64,000 nt of DNA from Eledone cirrhosa (taxonomy: Eukaryota): contig OZ024743.1 of assembly GCA_964016885.1 (NCBI GenBank), positions 285,448,001 through 285,512,000 of the forward strand, in the 5' to 3' direction. The position numbers and the translations under genes were made by a program. Positions 26,441 through 41,703 of this stretch are shown one piece after another; the stretch's first letter is position 1; every line of letters begins with the position of its first letter. The notes under the pieces were generated by a model. It saw only the letters and a program-made list of their open reading frames with translations. It was not told the DNA's origin and searched no databases.

Positions 26441-26480
26441 ATTCCTTTAGAATGGTGCTGACCACGCCCATGATGTCTGT

Positions 26481-26573
<93 letters not shown>

Positions 26574-26575
26574 CA

Positions 26576-26627
<52 letters not shown>

Positions 26628-26947
26628 ACAACAAAAAGCATGTTAAGGCCATTTTCCCTGCTTGCAGACTTCATGACAAATTTCCCTCTACTGTCTGCCT
26701 ACACCGCTACCATCTTCTCCATCATCTCCAGCCCTATCTTTCTTGGTTTTCTACCTCTTCTACTTCCTTCCACTTTCTTTTCCATCTCTTCTCTCACCAA
26801 ATCACTTATCCTTCTTCAACACATGACACTACATTCTCATTTCATCTTATGATAAAAATTAACTTCCTGAAGGAGAGAAACAAGAATTTTTGTAAGGGTT
26901 AAATAACATTAATAAAATATGTATTTTCTAATAATTTGTATTGAGTA

Positions 26948-27118
26948 ATAATTGTTTCTACTTTTGGCACAAGGCCAGCAATTATGGTACTTTATATTAT
27001 CGACCCAGTAAGGATGAAAGGCAAAGTTAACCTCGCAGGATTTGAACTCAGTCCGTAAAGGGACGTAACTGTGCTGCAAAGCATGGTGTCCGACCCTCTA
27101 CCGATACTGCCAATCCAC
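26948..27118 (-). mobile_element. Meta-domain-like tRNA SINE
   Basis: A/B-box head plus tttgcctttcatccttac..ggggtcgata; similar copies at 42726-42910 (+), 47650-47820 (-) and 54813-55000 (-). Confidence 0.75.
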
Positions 27119-27576
27119 AAGAAAACACGCATACACACACAATGGCACATGTTAAAAACGTTGACCCTCTAGGCCAACGAAACGTATGTTCCTGGTATGG
27201 CTTCGATATAGTAACTGCCCTTAATAATTATATTAAAACTTGTCCTATGGACTTGAATTGCTCTCTACTTTGGATATCTCTACCAAGCTAATATATATAT
27301 GTGTGTGTGTGTGTGTGTGCCTGCATAAAGAGTGATAGTTTGCTTGATGCATTGTGGAGTGTGACACTAAAAAGTCCGACTGTTTGTATAAAAGCCGTAG
27401 GTTAAACCTAAAGATTTTGGGAATAATAAATTACTAATGTAACTTTCAATAATTTGTTCTTTTATTTTGCTTTCTCTCTCAATTCTCTTCTGATTATTAC
27501 CTTGGCAATCTAACCAACTTGCATTGCATGGTTTTCTATACAAACAAACAAACTTTTCATATATATATAATATATA

Positions 27577-27775
27577 GGTTCCCAAGTTGTGTGAGAGGGT
27601 AACCACAGTTAAAAAAGGTACTCAATACATTGGTAGAGTATAGGAATCTTTATTACATATAAAAATGACTTCTACAGGACTAGAACTGTTTCATTCGTAT
27701 GAAATCTGAAATCATCAGGAATGATGATTTCATACAAATGAAACAGCCGTAGTCCTGTAGAAGTCATTTTTATAT
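27577..27775 (-). mobile_element. Family-D element, copy 3, followed by a tandem repeat of about 42 bp (to 27910)
   Basis: Arms about 27656-27717 and 27722-27775; tail with tactcaatac at 27619. Confidence 0.65.
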
Positions 27776-28049
27776 ATGTGTGTATATATATTCTCAATAT
27801 ATATAAGTCATTTTTATATATGTGTGTATATATATTCTCAATATATATAAGTCATTTTTATATATGTGTGTATATATATTCTCAATATATATGTATATAT
27901 ATTCTCAAATACAGAAAATGACTGTAAACACAGTTAATTGCTATAAATAACTTAGTAAATCAGGTAAAGAAAAAGTTGCCAGTGGTTGCTATAAGGAATT
28001 AAACTCCTTTGTTATGGCCTGAAGGACCATAATAAGTAGAAGAGGACTG

Positions 28050-30190
28050 AAGACAGAGCTCCCACTTGCATGCTATGTTTATGACTGTGCTCAGTGTGAA
28101 CTCTAACTTTGTTGATTTTACCTCTATACATGGTTTGTACAGCCTTCACAAGTTACCCTTAGTTTCCTAAGAGTCTGTGAAATGCTTTCTCCAGATCATC
28201 AGGTACTGGGTCGAGGGGTTTACTCTTAGCTGAATATTTCTCTTGCAGCTGTCTCACAAGGAAGAGAGCATCTGTGATACCTTTACCAGCCACAAAACCA
28301 AATTGTACCTAATCTAGATTGATTCTATCTCTAATTAGTTGTACTGTAACCCTTTCAGTGTCTCTCATAGTCTTGTCTATCAGCTTGATGCTTCTATAGT
28401 TTCCTCTCTCTAGTGCATTTCCCTTACCTTTGTAACATTTGACAATGATGATGCTACACCAGCCATTGGGTATGATGCCATCTTGTATTCCTCAAATTAC
28501 ATTCCACATGGTTTGTGTGTGACCTACTATACCAGATACTTTCAGCATCTCAGCAACTGTCTCTGATGGTCCAGCTGCTTTATCTATTTACATATCCTTA
28601 CTTGCTTTACCTCCCATACTGCTGCTAATTTGGTTGGCTGCTCTCTCAGTTGGGTCTACTTGAGGATGATCATCTTCCTCCCGTGTGCTACCTTCAACCA
28701 ATCGTCTCTCATAATAGTATTTCCAAACTTTATTCTTTTCAGCATTGGTGAGGACAAGAACACCACTGTCATCTCTGATGCACTCTTTTCTATGATATCT
28801 TGATTTTCTCAAGTAAACTGCCTTGCACCTTTTATTCTCACGATGTAGAACATTTCAAGTACTCAGATGAAACACCTCACACCTTTTATTCTCACGATGT
28901 AGAACATTCACAAACTGCTTACATTCTGCTTATTTCCTTGTAAAGAGCACCAGGTGCCTAACTTCCTTACTAGCTTCTCAGTTTTGTTCTTTATTTCGCC
29001 CATTCTGCCAGTCTTTCTATGCCTGTCTCTTAGCTTTAATTGCTTCATCCACCCTACTATTCCGCTACCATGTTACCCTCCATCTTCCCGGGGCTTTGTT
29101 CTAGCCACAAATCTTGCCTATGGCCTTCTGCAGGTTGTCTTGCAGGATCCTCTCTTTGTTCTTCTATGTTGTAAGTCTCTTTCTCCTCTTCTATACTTAT
29201 AAGTGATCAGGTAGCTGATTGGCTGTTTTTCTGAAAGTGTTGCAGAGAGTCACATCATTAGCATCACAGAACTGCAATAGCTTCGATTTCACCTAATTTC
29301 TTGTACCAAACCCAATGCCACTATGGACACCATGAAAGCCATCACAACATTGCCCAATATGTCCATTAAAATTATCAGCTACAATTAAGAGGTAGTCAGC
29401 ACAAGGGCTTCATAAAAGTGGTTCTTTGGTTCATCTACCAGTCCAAATTGTCGTGCATGTGTAGAGATAATTGTCATTGTTTTATATTTAAATAATTAAA
29501 CTTCTAGAACGGGGGTGGTGGTAATAAAGAAAAAAAACTTTAAATATCTTTAATGGAATAATAGCATTTACTTAGCTATCAACTTTTACTGTACATAAAA
29601 ACATAGGTTAATTCTATAGTTTCTGCAGTTGGATGCCTTTCTTAATACAAGCCACTTCACAAAATGTACTAGGTGCATTTTATCATGACGCTAACACTAG
29701 AGAGCTCAATTATGTACTCAGCAGGACTAAAGATGATCCTCTTAAACTCTATGTCATTTTTGTTTGAATGCGAACCACTGTACAGAGTGTGCTGGGTGCA
29801 TTTTATTGTGGTGCCTAGTGAGTTTGCTTTGAATCTATTTCTAGTGAGACATCTGAGTACTTGAAAATATCTATTTCTCGTGTGTTCTTAGTACTTACCA
29901 CTCCTGTGCATCTGCTGCATACAAAGAATACATCCTTTGTTGGGATGCTTTTTTATTCCACTACACCTTGTGTATATCCATACTTTACACTGGGTACATA
30001 GTATGGAATTCTTCCCTACTTCTTTTCTGTATATTTTCCTGGTGGTATCGGAGATGTCTTCTTTCCTGTATATGAGATCTTTAGATTTTATATTTACTTC
30101 GAGGCCTCTCAATTCCAGATTATGCTTCCATGTTTGGAATTTCTTCTCTAACTACTACTCATAAGACTCTCATGCTATAAGAGGTACAAT
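28050..30190 (-). mobile_element. Fragmented old RTE (EN, RT and linker pieces)
   Basis: Remnants of KGKGNALERGNYRSIKL, FGFVAGKG, KEVGKNSILCTQCKVW. Confidence 0.65.
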
Positions 30191-30632
30191 ACCTTCCCTC
30201 TGTCGTCACATGAAATTCTATGTGTACTTGTCATAGTTAAATGGCTATAAGTTGGTGTTTTATCTCATCTCTTACTCCATAAGAGAGCGCTTTGGCTTTT
30301 GTCAGATGCTGTGACCCCGAGTGGACTAGTAGTACCATTGGTAAGGGTCAAAACTGCCAAAAGTCCATCTCAACGTCTGATAACCATGGAGTTCTGTGTC
30401 TTTTGTTTGTATTTTTATTTTCAAAAGATAATTTTTTAAGGTTTCCTCTTAAAAAATTGTTTTTCTTTTTGCCATGTTTTCGTTCATTGTCTTGTCCTCT
30501 CTTTGTTGATTTTACTAAGTCTTTCATTAACCTGTGTCGAATATGTTTTCATATATACACATATATAGGTGTAATAACATAAGAAGATCTGAAAGTAAGT
30601 GAATACATAAAGATGGTAAAAGATTGATTTTT

Positions 30633-30676
<44 letters not shown>

Positions 30677-30751
30677 TAGATAGATACATTTACAAAGAAA
30701 ATCAGAAAGTAAGTAAATGAATTTACATAAAGATGGTAAATTCGATTCTTA

Positions 30752-30846
30752 ATTTCTATACAACTGTTTCAGAGAGTAAGAGAAATAATACCAAATACAA
30801 AATAAATGGCACCATTAAGACAAACCAAACCCTCATCAGTAGAAAT
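30752..30846 (-). ncRNA. Type-I hammerhead motif with long loop II
   Basis: AUUUCUA-CUGAUGA-GGG...CUCU-GAAAC-AGUU-GUA-UAGAAAU with a perfect 7-bp stem I. Confidence 0.65.
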
Positions 30847-31184
30847 ATGTCATATTAAATGTATTAAAAACAACTAACCGCCATAAATTCAAATCAAAAT
30901 GTGAACGCACATGGTGAAGATGTTATAATATAAGGATATGAGCAGGCCAATGGAGCTGCTAGAAGTAGCAGCGCGTTTGATCTAAAATAAAACACCTGTA
31001 CTAAAATTTCATGTTAGGAACAGAAGTACATATATTAAAATTTTGATTAATACATAAAATTCTTAATCATATTGTCTGACAAATGGTCAGGTCAACCAAA
31101 GTGCTAAAAATAGCCACTGTTAGAACCTTAAGCCAGCTCTACTAATTTAAAATTTAAAAAAATTTTCATTAGTAGCAGTAATAC

Positions 31185-31244
<60 letters not shown>

Positions 31245-31252
<8 letters not shown>

Positions 31253-31763
31253 GAATAAACAAGAGAGATGAACACTAATATAAACATACATGTGTTCGAA
31301 TTGTAAGGACTAAAATTTGCTGGGGTGAAAAAATACTAACTACAGCAATACACGTGCGATAATTCATATCGTACACAATTCATTCTCTAATATTTTTAGA
31401 AGTGAAAGGATCACTAATTTCTCAACAACTACTGAGGAGCAGAGAAACGTGAAAACTTCACTTAATAAGTCATTGCAAAACAGTCTCCAACACTGTCTAG
31501 TTGTTACCAGGCATTTTTGCCCAATATAGGTCTGTTATTTTTCTTAATTTTTTTAAATTTAATATTTAAAGTTAAGGATAACATTCTATATTGCTGTAGT
31601 TAGTATTTTTTCACCCCAGTAAATTTTAGTCCTTACGATTCGAACACATGTATGTTTATATTAGTGTTCATCTCTCGTTTATTCAGTTATATTGTACGGC
31701 TCGGAAAAGCTTTTTTCTTAGAGCTATTTAATTGTAAGGGACTAGCCTGAGTTCTTAACTCAA
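31245..31763 (+). mobile_element. Family-F PLE-like IR-plus-tail element with a decayed HHR in the spacer
   Basis: Arms 31245-31350 and 31589-31692; tail to 31763; HHR at 31424-31505. Confidence 0.7.
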
Positions 31764-31773
31764 TATATATATA

Positions 31774-32177
31774 TCATCATCATCATCATCATCATCACCG
31801 TTTTACGTCCGTTCTTCCACGCTAGCATGGGTTAGACGGGTTGTCCTGTTGTGGGCAGTGTCTGGTCGGCTGACCATGCCTTGCTCATACAGGAACTGAT
31901 TTGGCTTGATTTCTACAGCTGGATGCCCTTCCTAACACCAACCTCATTTACAGTGAGTGCTGGGTGCTTTTTCGTGGTGCCTACACATCCACTTTACAGT
32001 GTGGGCTGGGTGCTTTTTTGCCGTGGCACCTCCACAACCACCTTGCAGTGGGGTGTGTGGGGGCATATTGTCTATATGCTTCAGCTTGTACCCATGGGAG
32101 GTCGGGTACTCTGTATTACTGCGTGACGCCAGAGGTCACGGTCGTGTGTCATCGCCTTTGAGAGGTGTAATTGGGTA
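31774..32177 (-). mobile_element. RTE subfamily B 3' end
   Basis: Near-identical to 55710-56108; flanked by duplicated gagttcttaactcaa(ta)n at 31749 and 32193 (probable TSD). Confidence 0.88.
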
Positions 32178-32221
32178 ATATATATATATATTGAGTTCTT
32201 AACTCAATATATATATATAGA

Positions 32222-32510
32222 ATGTAGTGTACGGGAGAGGAGACTGAGGTGGTATGGACATGTGATGCGCATGGAGGATGACCGATGGGTGAAGAAGTGC
32301 CAGAAAATGCCAGTTGAAGGAAGACGTGGTAGAGGTAGACCACGAAAAACATGGGCGGAGGTGGTGAGAACAGACCTCAGATCATTGAAGCTCACGGTGG
32401 AGATGACGAGGGACCGTGACGAGTGGAGAGATGCTGTGCTGAATAAGACCCATCCCACCCTTGCAAGCAGGGAAGAGCGGACGTAAAATGATGATGATGA
32501 TGATGATGAT
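32222..32510 (+). mobile_element. RTE subfamily C 3' end (short 3'UTR)
   Basis: [27 protein letters not shown]; minus-strand copies at 42413-42677 and 46950-47375. Confidence 0.88.
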
Positions 32511-32561
32511 ATATATATATATATTTATATATATACATACATATATATATATATATATATA

Positions 32562-34726
<2,165 letters not shown>

Positions 34727-34768
34727 AAAAGAGATATATATATATATATATATACAGGAAGGACAACC

Positions 34769-34802
<34 letters not shown>

Positions 34803-34846
34803 GGTTGTCCTTCCTGTATATATATATATATATACGGTTGTCCTTC

Positions 34847-34942
<96 letters not shown>

Positions 34943-36460
34943 GGTTGTCCTTCCTGTTCCTATAACCATGCCCAAGATCCGCGAAGGTGAAACAATTGTT
35001 CTCGGTATGGTGAACTGACTGTTGTGTAACCACTTCTATATATGTCATTATCATGCTGGTACTAGCACTACCACGTTATAGGGTGAACTGTGTGTTTTTA
35101 TCATGTTATTAGTGTTACCCCATTATGACATTTGTATGCTTATTGTGTCTTTGGCATGATGGAGGGGGTGGGGGGTAATGATGATAGTAAGATGAAAGAG
35201 CAATCATCAGGCTACATGCTACTTGCTAAGGGAGTGGAGTTCATCCCACAGTGGGAGAGTAAGCAACATGCCATGGGAGTGGCCCTTATACTTATATTTA
35301 TATTGTAATTAATTTGAAACAATATAGAATAATGACAATGAAAGTCCCTCCCCCCCCCCCCCCCCCATACATCTGTTTTCTCCAGATTTGAAGATTAATG
35401 GTCAGATGAGCAGTAGTGAATATTGTCTCTGACTTAGAAAGTCTGAAGTAACTGGGACATAGATAAGCCTGCTCTGGCAGAAGGATTTTTATTTCTTTTT
35501 TTTTTCATCTTTTCTGTAGATGTGTGCTGCTTTGTTTTGAAGTTTTATATTTCAGTTTCCCTCCTATGAGTTCTGCCTGACACAATGTTCTTTTAAAGTT
35601 TAGTGTGGGATATTAGGCAACCAACTACCACCTTAACTGATCTTTAAAATCTTCTTAAGGGCACCTATGTAGTTCACTGCCTAGAACAGATTTTGTTACC
35701 CTGGAACAGACCATCACATTCACTGAAGTAACCTGCTAACCCTCCACTGAAAACATCAACTTTGACAAGAACTTCATTGTTCATTATGTAATTCAGTCAG
35801 TATACCTTCAATATGAACAGTAGGCAATACCCAAATATATGTACATGGCATTGTACAGAAATCATGCTTTTAATCCAAAATAAAAATATAGTTACAACTG
35901 CATTATAAACTTGAGTTTTAGTAGAGTTCAGTATGAATGATTCTATCCAAACATGTTTAAAGAGACAACCAAAGAAGTTAATTGTTTTGATGTCTTTGTT
36001 TACCAGGCATCACTACATATAACATTTCTAAGATAAGTGAAGCTTTATATTGTTTTCAGTTGAGCGTCTTTGGTGGTGATTATGGTCATATATAAGCACT
36101 TCCCAAAGGTAACTGATATAAAATCTCAGGCTCATGATATGAGTATGAAGGCTTTTACCACATTAGAAAAGGAATGAACAGTGTATTTGCTGACTAAGTC
36201 AGTAGAGTTCAATCATTTTATCAGATAGCCCAGGTTAACTTTGATGGGGAAAACCTATGACATAGGGATAACAAATCAACACCTATAACCCCAATTATCC
36301 ATCTTTATTGTGGGGTACATCTCATTATTTAAAATGTGTGGATTCATTTGAGGGAACTTTATTGAGTGATATATGGTTGTTTTACTAGGAAAGTTCACTG
36401 GCTATATAGGAGTTCTCTCATTGATTCATATCATATTTACTCCCTTTTGTTATATTTCAG

Positions 36461-36604
36461 AGAGTTTTCAATCTTAGACAATCTTTCCGGAGTGGAGTTA
36501 CCAAGAATATAGAATGGCGGCAAAAGCAACTAAAGGCCATGTTGACAATGTTTGAGGAGAATAAACAACTTTTTGTAGAAGCATTGAAAAATGACTTGTG
36601 TAAA
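36461..36604 (+). CDS. ALDH3A2: ALDH3 exon 2
   Basis: tttcag|RVFNLRQSFRSGVTKNIEWRQKQLKAMLTMFEENKQLFVEALKNDLCK|gtaagt. Confidence 0.92.
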
Positions 36605-37316
36605 GTAAGTATGAAACATGAATACTAAGTGTTCCTGATGTAAAGCCTACAATGTAATGTTAAGATAGTAATGTTAATTTTCTCTGATACCTACTTTTGT
36701 AATATCTACACAGTTTTTCTTTTATATAGTTTGGGATTTTTTCTTTTTAAGGTTTGTAGTTGACCAAATTAAGAACTGGACAGTAGTAGTGAGAAAAGTA
36801 GCAAATATGCATGTCCTACCATGTTGTATCCTTAGCAATGGCTGTTGTATATAGACACCACAGAGAAGGTACTGCTGTTGTAAGAAGTAGGAACACTGTA
36901 TAACTGAGATGTCATTTTTTAGATTGCAGTGCTAAAGGCCTTCCATAGGGAAAAAAACCTAACTAGAGACAGTGGAGATGCAGAGAAAGATAGAGGGGGG
37001 AGGGAGAACAGAGGGAGGTGACACTCGCAACTGTTTCATAATTCTGGTCATAGTAATAGGAGCTAATTTCCTGACACTGTTAGATTATTTGATCCTCAAT
37101 GAAATTCCCTGCCTGCACTTAGGGATTCAAAAGAGTAAAATACAAGAGATGAACTTGAACTCAAAACTCTAAGTTCATCAGTTTTACTCTACTACTGTTA
37201 TCTGCATAGTAGCAGTTATTGTGGTATTACTGGTGATAAATATGAGGATGAAAATGCTGACAATAGCAACTGTGCATTTTAATTTTACCTTTTTCTCTCT
37301 CTCTTCTCTGAATTAG

Positions 37317-37412
37317 AACCCATTTGAAAGTCTTTTGATGGAAGTTGACTTCATTTGCAATGAAATTATTTACGCTTTGAACAACATTGAGACATGGGTA
37401 TCACCTGTAAGG
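37317..37412 (+). CDS. ALDH3A2: ALDH3 exon 3
   Basis: aattag|NPFESLLMEVDFICNEIIYALNNIETWVSPVR|gtaagt. Confidence 0.92.
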
Positions 37413-37572
37413 GTAAGTCTGCCATATTTTTTCTTTACTTTTTGTTTAGTTTTCCAAGAGTATAATTCTTTCAATAATTGTTGCTGTTGTAATTTCTGCT
37501 CCAGCAGAGTTGTTGTAGCTTATTGTAAAATTTCTCTATCACAGATTCACAAATTATTTAATTATTTTGAAG

Positions 37573-37708
37573 GTCTCCAAAGATTTCTATAATCTTGCTG
37601 ATGACTGTTTTATCAAGAAAGAACCATTTGGTGTGATCTTAGTGATTTCGCCTTGGAATTATCCGATTCAATTACTTTTCTCTCCCTTGATTGGAATAAT
37701 AGCTGCAG
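37573..37708 (+). CDS. ALDH3A2: ALDH3 exon 4 (PWNYP, oxyanion Asn114)
   Basis: tgaag|[46 protein letters not shown]|gtatgt, phase 1. Confidence 0.95.
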
Positions 37709-38462
37709 GTATGTTCAAATTCACTACAAATGTTACTATCAAACACCTTGCTTGTAAATAAATTTAGCAAAGACAAAAGTCCTAATAAGTAGGGAAAGAG
37801 ACAGGAAGGTTATACTTTCATTAGAGAAATGACCATGTTCAATATGTCAGAAAGGAATAGGCAGGAATTCCATAAGGTGCACTCAATGTAAACTATGGAT
37901 GCACAAAAGATGTAGTGGGATTGCAGGCAGGCTAACGGAAAAGATAGACTTTACATGTGGCAGATGCACCAAGGAAGTGAGCACAATGAGCACACATGAA
38001 ATAGATTCCCTCAGCTGCCAGGGAAGCTCCATAGAAGTTGTTGAGTGGTGGTGGTGGTGGTGGGGGGGGGGGGGGCATGGACTGGTCAGGTCATGTTGTA
38101 TACTTGTGGCCAGGTCTTCATCAACACAGCAGTCCTTGCAATCCTTTATCATCTCAGCCTTTGTGAGGTTTAGTTTTTTATGGTTGAACTTCACTACCTT
38201 GTCCTAAGTCTTCCTGATTTTGCCTCTTCTACGTCTCCTGGCAACTGGGATTTTTCTGCTATCTTCCATACTTATATATTCATATATATGAGGAACAGCT
38301 CTTCTTTTACATATGTGTAGTTTTGTCTTCAACACATGTATATATATTATGTATATGTATATATGAGTGGGTGTGCATGTGTATGTATGTATGTATGTAT
38401 GTATGTATGTATGTATGTATGTATGTATGTATGTATGTATTATGTATCTAGCTATCTATCTC

Positions 38463-41400
38463 CTTGCTTTTAGTGGGGGACTAGAATGGAATCCTAGATG
38501 CACGATGTGATTATGTGGGAGCATGTTCCGATAGAGGTGGGTGCAACAGCCTCAAACAGTTAATCGGCCAGTTTGACCTGGTCGATAGATATCGACTAGA
38601 TTTTCCGACTCTGCCACTGTGGACATGGACTAATCGTAGCGGAACATCTAGATCGTACCTAGATAGAGTTCTAGTTAGAAATAAGGATAGGGACATGTTA
38701 AGCTGTCCACAATTGTTCATGGTTGCCTATTCAGATCACAAATTAGTGACCTGTATAGTCAACCTTGATAGAACCCATAGACCCGGCTACTGGAACCCAT
38801 AGACCCGGCTAATGGAAGCTGAACTTGTCGTTACTGACATGCAAAGCCTACAGTAGACGGATTAGCACTCTAGTTAAACAACACTTGACGGGGGCCATTA
38901 TCAACAACAGATGGTGGTACTCTCTCAAGAGGGCAGTTAGAATAGAATCGATAGGTTTTAGTCAGGAATTAGCATTAGATAGGAATAGGACTGAAAAGGA
39001 ATTGGTAGATAAAGTAGAAGAGGCGATTAGGAGTGGTAACGTGGCCAGCGTGCCGGCGTCAAGAACGGCCTTAGACCAGTTCTTTGACACGAAGCACGAG
39101 GGCTGCATTGTCAGGAGTAAAATACGTGCTCTGGGTAACGAGGGAGCCAAAGCTGTTAGCTGGGCCCGAATGACAGAGGCAAAAAGTGGAAACAAGTCCA
39201 CGATTCAGTCTTTGAAGGACCAGGATGGACGTGTGATCCGTGAACCTAAACAGATGTGCGTGGTTTTTCAGCGGCACTTTGCTCAGCTGTTCGGGCAGGG
39301 CGCGGATCTCGGACAGCGAGGCGAAGTTCTGAGAAAAGCCGATTTCGGCCGCTGAGATAGGGGATACGCTGAGCCAATGCGGCAAACGCAAATCTCCAGG
39401 TCTCGACAGTCTACCCTATGAATTTTACGCAGCAATGCCGGACTTGTTCTCCGATCTCCTGGAAGCGGTCTACTGCAACTGGCAGCAGAACGGGAGTATT
39501 CCCAATTCTGTGACCAGGGGCGTAATCACACTAGTCAGGAAGTACAAGAATAAGGGGGATGACATAGGCAACTTCCGGCCCATAACTCTGCTAAACACAG
39601 AGTTACAGATTTTGGCCAAGGTGTTGGCAAAGAGGCTGGCGCTTGTCGTTGAGAACCTGGTGGGAGAAGTGCAGACATGTGTAATCCTAACCAGGTCCAT
39701 ACACGACAACCTCCACCTTATGCGATACATCGTAGAGAGGGTTGGGTGTAAACCCGGCTTCGGTGGGGCCCTGATCAACTTGGATCAGTCTAAGGTATTC
39801 GATAGGGTTGACCATCATTACCTGGATGCAGTGCTCGAGGTGGCAGGCTTCGGACCCGTGTTCAGGGGCTGGATTGCTGCAATGCACAGCGGCAACATCT
39901 ACTCAAGAGTCAAGGTGAACGGCTACCTCTCAGAGCCGTTCCAAATCACGTGATCCATCCGACAGAGATGCCCTCTCTCCTCCCTTCTGTATGTACTGAC
40001 TCTCGAGCCACTACTGCAGAAGTTGGAGCTATTGCTGTCCCTCTGGAACCGGGACTACGGAAAGCGGCGTCGGCCTCCGCCGACGACGTGACAGTAATGG
40101 TGTTGAGCACCTCGCAAATCGAGGAAGTTGACATCTTACTGAAGGAATACGAGAGGTTCACAGAAGTGAAGCTGAACTGTGACAAGTCCGTCGGTTTGCA
40201 ACTCGGATCGTGGAGAGGCAGACAATGCCTTCCGATGGCATCGTTGGACACTGGACGGAAGGATCGGTGAAGCTGCTTGGGGTCTGGTTTGGTCCGGACC
40301 TCCAGGTGGAGAAGAACTGGAACGAGGTGACGGCCAAGGTGTTTGCACTCACCCAGAAGTGGGCCGAATGCAAACTATCCTTGAAAGGTCGAGTGGAGGT
40401 GGCGAACACTTTTATAGCGTCTGTCTTCTACTACTGCTTAATCGTCGGGCCTTTTTCCAGCCAAAACGCTCACCAAAATGGAGCGCGTGTTCTTCCAATT
40501 CATTCCTTTGGAAGAAGCGGGCTCCTTTGGTGAGAAGATCCATCTGCTGCCAACACCCTTCAAACGGAGGGCTGGGGATGCCGTGGCTGACGATGCTCAA
40601 ACACGCGCTCAGGCTGCCACACCTCCACGTATTCCTCACCAGACAACCGGTGTGGGCCCTGTTCGTGAGACAAACCTTCCCACAGCTCGTCACACTAACG
40701 GAGTTGCAGTCCTGGGTCAAGAAAAGACCGAAGAAAGTGGGCGACTGGCACATCGAATGTGCTCAGGCGCTCACAGCCCTCTGGCAGGTGGACCCGGCGA
40801 TCAATGGAGACTCCACTTCATCATTCTATAGAGGGTTGGTCCGCAGCAAGTGTGATGACGCACTCGGAGAAACTCTAAGCAGAGAGGAAGACGAACTGGC
40901 CAGTCTGTTCGGTAGGACCATCCGCCCGGGACTGATGGAAAAATTCCAAAAGTCCCTGGGCTGGCAGTGCTACCGAGGAGCTCTACGAATTCGAGACAAG
41001 CTCTACAGACACGGGCGCCCGGGCAGAGACCCTTTGAAAAAGATCTGTCCGAGATGCATGTGCGATGAGGAAACCGTCGCGCACGCATTCGTACACTGTC
41101 TGGGAGTTGCCGACCTGTGGGGCTATGTAGAACGACTATTGTCGCGGGTGGGACCAATCTGGTTGACCACCGAGCTCATTGTCATGATCAAACCGCCACC
41201 CTCCTTCAAAAATGAAGGAGAGGCGGTTTTCCTCTGTGTGATGGCAATGGTGAAAGAGGTTGTATGGTGGACGAGGTTGAAAGGGCTGAGGTCAGACACC
41301 TTTCTCTCCGGCCAACAACTGATTCTCTTTTTCAAATACCACTTTGGAAGAAGAATCAGGATGGAGAGAGAGGCGCTGTACCCCAGCAAGTTTTATGAAA

Positions 41401-41703
41401 GGTGGGTGAAAGTGGCGAGAATAGCCCGAGTGAATGGACCTTCTCTCTATATCAGCCTGTAGGTTGAGGAAGAGGAGGAAGAGAGGAAAGGGGTGCTCAC
41501 TCTACGTACTCCTGGAGATGAGGGTTGCACATTTTTTTGGGGAGTATGTGTCACCCATAGTTAATGTCTCCCCCCTATTGGGGAAAATCGAATGTTTTTC
41601 TTTAATTTTCATCTGTGATATTGTTTTACACATTTTTATTGAATGTAAACTTCCCCCATTGTACTTGTCCCCTTCTTTTGTACCCTTGTGGCTAATAAAG
41701 AAA
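38463..41703 (+). mobile_element. Tx1/L1-clade LINE ORF2, 5'-truncated and frameshifted, sense in ALDH3 intron 4
   Basis: GDWN/SYLDR/SDHK endonuclease, FRPITLLN, LDQSKVFDRVDH, ADDV, CPRC..ETVAHAFVHC zinc finger, AATAAA at 41694; 22-bp tandem duplication at 38771. Confidence 0.9.

Noticed and set aside
34755-34956. Repeat-spacer pattern resembling a CRISPR array
   Set aside because: Eukaryotic context, spacers are pure (TA)n, mixed orientation, no cas genes.
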